Below the pieces are notes generated by a model that saw only the letters and a list, made by a program, of their open reading frames with translations, did no database searches and had not been told where the DNA came from. A program made the position numbers and the translations under genes. 64,000 bases of DNA from Bugula neritina (taxonomy: Eukaryota > Animalia > Bryozoa). Location of the stretch: positions 2,553,628-2,617,627 of the forward strand of contig OZ037771.1 in assembly GCA_964035545.1 (NCBI GenBank). Direction: 5' to 3'. Positions 57,801 to 64,000 of this stretch are shown in pieces. Each line of letters opens with the position of its first letter. Position 1 is the stretch's first letter.

Positions 57801-58589
57801 GCAAATTTAGGTTATTATAATTATTTGGCAAGGTTTACATAACCATTGCTATATGAAAGTATATATAGCAGTATAATATATACAAGTGGAAGTTTTATAT
57901 TGTGTATTGATAACTTTATTGTTTAAAAGTGAAGAGCAATAATTACAAAAAATAATTGTTACTAAAAAAACATGTGCAACCTAATATAAAGACTTATTTG
58001 TCAATTTAAATGAGCTAAAATAAATTACATATAAAAAATGTGGCTAAATAAGTAGATAAATAAATTCATATTGGAGCTAATGCAAAAATTATAGATAGCA
58101 ACAGGTCATAAGAAATACACAAAAAATTTAAGCAGCCAAAAAAGTAAAGCTAATTTACAAATGTTGATTCAAAACATAGCTATTTAGTTAAGTCAACAAA
58201 GAAAACATTTCTGTATATAAGCAAGTAAACGGAATAATACAAATTATCATTTTAGAACGTTAATCCCTTTATATCCAAAGCTGAACATTAGCAATGAGCT
58301 TTATTTACGCTTTGGAGATTTAAAGTTATTTTAGCTTTCTAATTATTAAGCTTCATCTAAAATTAAGGTCCAACTGAATGTTACAGATTAGGCTTCTGAA
58401 GACTGTGAATTCAGTCTGCTCATTCTTTTCCTCAAAATATATATTTAAAGCTTCAAAGTCTAGCTGCTCTTTACAGTAAGATGGTGACCACCTACAAAGC
58501 AACAAGAATACTGACTAGAAACAAAAAACATTCAATGTAAATGTATATATAAACTGTGGTAAAATGAAGTCGTGTTTAAGAATATGTTG

Positions 58590-59745
58590 TGAAAATGGAT
58601 GGGCAAATTCAAATTTTTGTATATTTTTCTATAAAGATGACAAAAAATTTGATATGTTCCTAAATGGGTAAGCAACTTCGACCTTATGTGCATTTCCCTA
58701 TAAAATGACAAAACAAGGGTGATCAGAAATAGGTGACAACTTCAAGTTTATGTAAGTTTTGCTATAAAGATCGCAAACAAGACAGTTCTTAAAATGGGCG
58801 GGCAACTTCAATTTTACCTAGATTTTATTATGAAAATGACTAACAAGAAATTGTTGGAAAATGGGTGGACAACTTCAATTTTATGTACATTTCACCATAA
58901 AATAATATGACAAACAAGAAAGTTGGTAATTGACTGGCCAACTTCAATTGTATTTACATTTCACTATAAACATAACTAGCAAAAAAATTTAAATGGGTGG
59001 GCAACTTCAATTTCATGTACATATTACTATGAAAATGACTAACAGAACATTGGAAAATGGGTGAGCAACTTCAAGTTTATGTACATTTCACTATTCAGAT
59101 GGCAAATAAGGGTGTTCAGAAATTGGTGGACAACTTCAATTTTATGTATATTTCACTATAAAGATGGCAAGCAAGACTGTTTAGATATTGGTGGGTAGCT
59201 TCAATTTAATGTACAATTCACTATAAACATGACTAGCAAGAATGTTTTTAATATGGGTGAGCAACTTTAACTTTATGTATATTTCACTGTCATGATGGCA
59301 AACAAGACTGTTCAGATATTGGTCGGTATTTTTAATTATTTTACATCTCACTATAAATATAAAAAAGATTGTTCAGAGATTGTGGGTACCTTCAATTTAA
59401 TATAAATTTTGTGTACATTTAACTATAAAAATGACTGATAATAGTGTTTGGAATTGGGTGTGCAAGCTTGACTTTATGCTAGTTTTACTAAATTAAAGAT
59501 GACTAACAAAACAGTTGGAAGTTGGAACATAGGTAGGCAACTTCACCTACATTTTGCTATAATGATTATTAACAATAATGTCTGATCATAGGTGGGCGAC
59601 CTCACCTTCATACATACTGTTTTATAAAGATGACTAATAATTGGAAACTTGTGAAAATAGGTGGGCAACTTCTAATTCATGCACATTTTACTATAAAAAT
59701 GACCAACAAGAAAATGGGGAAATGGGTAAGCAACTTCCAGTTCAA
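58590..59745. repeat. Degenerate ~65-bp tandem repeat, ~18 copies
   Basis: Consensus approximately aaatgggtgggcaacttcaattttatgtacatttcactataaagatgacaaacaagaatgttcag; cores at 58595, 58661, 58727, 58791, 58858 ... 59655, 59720. Confidence 0.9.
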
Positions 59746-59934
59746 TTCCAATAACTTACCATAAACTGCTAAATATTACACTTTTCAAACAATTATTGAT
59801 ATAATGACCTAACTTTGTATATAATATCATCAGTGCATAACTTATTTATTTTTATTTATAAACTGAAACTTTAAGCTTTTTGAAAAGTTTGGTCAATATT
59901 ATAAGGCAAGAGATGATGTATTAAATACTCCTTT

Positions 59935-61770
59935 CAAACATTACAAGCTTCAAATAATCAGAGTTGTGCTCACCAACCTATCAATAAGTTCACATAGTGG
60001 CACCTGTGCATTCCCTCATATACAGTGTGTAAATTACAAATAGCTTCATTGGTATGACCATAAATTTACCTGAATAGCCAAGTACATGGAAATAGCTGAA
60101 CTCCTAACATTCAATGTAAGCAAGATATAGATAGGTTCTTCTTGATGCACAGCCTGGGTAATTTTCTTATCAAGTAATCACAGGTGTGAGAATGGCTCAA
60201 GGGAAATTATTATTTTTAGCCTACAAATAATAAAATATGCACAGATTAAACTAATAATTAAAATAGGTTTTAACAAACTATTTTCTGGCAAAAAAGGAAT
60301 ATTTTGGAAAAAACTATAATGGTATAGGTTGAAGGAGTTAGGTGCAAAATGCATAAATATGTTCATGAAAACATTAATTATGCATGTGTACAGTATTCGA
60401 GCTATAAAATTTCTATATTATATAAACTACTTGCTTGGAGCAAAATCAGCAACTTGGAATAATTTGAGGAATAAAATTTATGGAGATGATTAAACAATTT
60501 CAATTTGATGTAGGTTATACTGTCATTTTAATTAACCTTCAAATTTTATCAGTGACTTTGGCTCCAAGTCGCAAATTTAATATTTCAGTAATTAAAAAAT
60601 AAATAGCAATTATACGCACAGAGTTAAATAAATTGCGCCGAATTCAAATTCAAGTTTTTTCTCTAAAATTATCTAGTAACTATTAATTTGTTCACAACTA
60701 TGCTGATTGCATGTATTAATCACTGTGTCGTGACATTCATGCATGAACGAATATAATCTACACGCACATACTGCTTGTTTTATAATAAACACAATATGAA
60801 GTATAATCTGAATTATTCTAGAAAGAATTAGCAGTAATTTGGAGTTATTTATCCAATAAAGCTTTATAAAGTGGGTACGAAACTTTTAATTTATGTATGA
60901 TCTACTAACCACTATGCCATAACTTGATGATTTTTGTTCAATTAAACAGAATTGCATTGTCAAAGATTAAAAGGTGCAACCTGCATATCTAGATAAAAGC
61001 ATGAAAAATTACCTTTAGTATGTATGTTCAAACAATGAATTAGTATACATAACATTTGATTAAATCAAAGACTATAACAAAGTTGTTATTTAAGGCGACT
61101 TTAAAGAGTAAGCAGGCAACCAAAATTTATTGTAAATTTTACTGTAATGATGACCAGCACAAATGTTGCGAAGAAGGTAGGAAACTTCAATTCAAAATAG
61201 GTAATCATGCACTCTGTCTAATGAAACTGGCACAGGCTAAAAGGGCATAGGTAATAACTAATAATGGCACAAGTAATTTAATGGAAAAATGAAATATTAC
61301 AGTAATAAAGTGCCTTAATGATCAATTTAAACATGTAAAATTTTCAATCAACTCGAAAATTATTTTACAATAACCTATGAGAAAAAAAGCAAAGTACTAT
61401 TTTTCAATAGTTGCCTTTAAAACTTAAAAGACTGTATTCATAATAATTATTTATAGATTGCAAGCAATCTAAGCTATCTAATCTTGTGCCTAGCTTCACC
61501 AACATTACAAGAATAATATCGTTGGGAGTTGTGCTCACCATTTAATCAAACATGGAACTTGTGCATTTCGCAAATTTACAGTATGTGCATAATTGGTACT
61601 ATTACAAATTACCTTCTTAGCCAAATTATACTTGGAAATTGCTGAAATCCTATCTATCCGCCTATGCAGTTCTAGTTGATGCCGAGCCTAGATATTTTTT
61701 ATTAGCTTCAAGTAGTCACAGGTGTGATAATAGCCTGAAGAAAATTCATACTTGTTTGCCTGCAAATAAT
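59935..61770 (-). repeat. Diverged duplicated block (59935-60230 vs 61495-61770) with conserved minus-strand splice signals
   Basis: Shared motifs acattacaag, gagttgtgctcacca, tgtgcatt, aaatt(t)acct, cacaggtgtga, gcct(a/g)caaataat; no intact frame found. Confidence 0.6.
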
Positions 61771-64000
61771 ATACACATTTAATAGACTGCAACAAACGTT
61801 TTATTGAACAAAAAGCAACAATCTTTTGAAAAGACTCTGTACTTAAATATTATAGTTGCTTATGGAAGAGATTCAAGATGCTTGTACAATCATAAAATTG
61901 ATAAAAATGATCACCATGTGCATTGTATTTCTGCTAAGTTAATTCCACGTCATATAAAATACTTGCATAATCAATAGAATTAGCACTTTATAGTGTTTAC
62001 TTAGCATCCTTCTTTCCAACTTCAGAGTCAGATTGCTTTTCCATATTAGAGTGATCAATATAACCAAAGTAGTGAAAAGGATTATCTGAAAAGAAAAATT
62101 TGTGAACTTACAAATATGAAATAATAAGATAATAATATATATTGATATTAACATAGACTATAAAGTTTAATTAAAACAAACTTTTTCTGATTAAAAAACA
62201 AATTTTGCAAATAAGTTGCTTTTAAAAATTAATGTAGGAATATATACATTAGATTAGCAATAACTTGACATTACATTTATTTAAGACATAAGTTTACAAA
62301 CATTTTCAATTTATCATCTATAATACAATTATTATTTTTAATATTATTATTAACTCTAAAGTTTAAAAGTTTAAAATTAAATTCAACATGGGAGATGCAA
62401 GACCTCTAGCTTTAAATTAAAAACTACTGAGACAATGAAATTAAATATATCTATAGTTCTACTGGTCTAACTTTAAGTTACACCTCTTATAGTAGTACTA
62501 GTAGTACTAGGATGATAAATTAACGTTTAACTTATAACTATAGTCTCACTGATCATAGTGTTAGTTAAAAGATAAACTTGAGTATATATAATAATAATTC
62601 TTCATTATTATTATAATTTTCTATTAAGTTGCATCTGATAACTTATTACATTTGTAAGTGATACCAAATATATGTTTAGTGGTCTAACCTGTATTTTGGC
62701 GAATCTCCATGTTTTTCAGATCTTTAAATAAACCCCTGTGAAAGGGCAGTTCGAAAGTCTTTCTACAACCAGCTATTAAAGAAAGTGTATTATTAACTTG
62801 CATTAAAAGCCAACAATGCTCTGTATAGCCTGAAATAATGGCTTGTTGTATGTAATCCTTTCAGTAAAAGCTATTCCTTTTATGCAAAATTTGCTTTATT
62901 TGTGCACCTAAGTAACTTCTTACGAGTACACCGTGCATTGAAATAATTTCTTTGTTCAAATACCCATTGTACACCTAGCTTATAATTTATAGCCAGTATA
63001 CAGATTATACACTGTATACACTAACGTTTAAGCTATGAGCAAGTTTCAGAATATGGTATCATATTTTCAGGATCGAATAAGTGCATGGCGCAAATTCATG
63101 GTTATGTGCTGGTTATTTGGAGAAGTTTAGAAGAAATATGTTTAACTTTAATATTGCAAATTACCAGATGCCTAAAGTTTTGAAATTTTAGTATTTTGCA
63201 TCAAACTTAGGCAAAAATTTTATGCTCTAACAAAATAACCACATATACCCCATTCTAACATTGCAAAGACAGATGTTACCAAGTTGATACATGAATTGTG
63301 CCAGCAGCTTGAACCAAAATATAATATTAATATTATTTGATGGGTGTACATAAATTATGTTGATAACTAAACGATTTTTTAAAAATTGGCTCAAAACTGT
63401 TGGTTTTACACAATTTTTTATGTACACACAGTATGTGAATCACACCAATAGTGAGTCAAACTGATTTAATAGACTAATTATTCCAATTTGTTGGCAATTT
63501 TTGAGATAAAGTTGAAATTTAATTTTTAATGATTGGCTTGTTTATAAAGTGACAGTTTATTTTAATGATGTCAAAATATACAACTTTATTTCATTATCTC
63601 ACCGTATAAAATTCCAAAATTTCTATTGAAAACTGCATGCATCTAAAAATAGCTGAGTAACTGATTCTACTAGGGCATTATTTAAATTTACTTATTTGAA
63701 TTTATGTCTTAACCCTTCCCAGATCACAGATACATGTATTATGTCTTTTTAAACTTTTTTATTCACAGGTTAATTGAGCAAGTACGCCCAGTAAATGTAC
63801 AAACGATACCGCCTATGTTAAAGTTTTAGCTTTAGACCAAATTACTCCAAGATTTATATAAGCAATGTTAAAAATGCACCTCAGTAGTTTATAGATCATT
63901 ATAGACAATAAATCTGAATAAATGAAAAGCTACAAAGCCAGCTAATAACTTTTAATTCAATACCAGAATACTAAAATTAGCAGTACATTTTGCATTGTTT

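Noticed and set aside
58590-59745. CRISPR-like array
   Set aside because: Eukaryotic context, the whole unit is homologous (no unique spacers), and no cas genes are present.
63709-63760. TTAA-CCCT piggyBac-like terminus (similar motifs at ~9897 and ~44465)
   Set aside because: Only a short motif with no partner inverted repeat identified in the window.

Overview
AT-rich, intron-rich metazoan (probably invertebrate) genomic DNA holding a cluster of duplicated detoxification/transport genes. There are three ABCC5/11/12-like (short MRP, no TMD0) ABC transporter paralogs. Gene A is the 3' half of a gene (+, 1-8628). Gene B (+, 11266-25635) has an in-frame TAG before NBD2 and a mutated last acceptor, so it is probably a pseudogene. 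Gene C (-, 40989-27033) looks intact and lies tail-to-tail with B. A fourth, heavily deleted ABCC relic lies at 43.5-44.8 kb. Two intact 9-exon CYP4-family P450 genes follow (D: -, 49889-45438; E: -, 56776-51689). Two inverted CYP4 fragments are also present: an orphan last exon at 26.2 kb and an exon2/intron2 piece at 50.4-51.1 kb. The ABCC-3'/CYP4-3' tail-to-tail junction occurs twice in mirror orientation, which points to inverted duplication of an ABCC+CYP unit. Other notable signals are exon-scale gene conversion concentrated in NBD exons, tandem amplification of splice-donor junctions, a GT/GC donor switch between paralogs, a 40-nt insertion element with 14-bp TSDs, a tRNA-derived SINE, a Gypsy integrase-tail relic cut by a probable CMC/EnSpm-type element end, and a ~65-bp satellite. 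All exon coordinates were read by eye from GT/AG boundaries and reading frame; no database searches were run.
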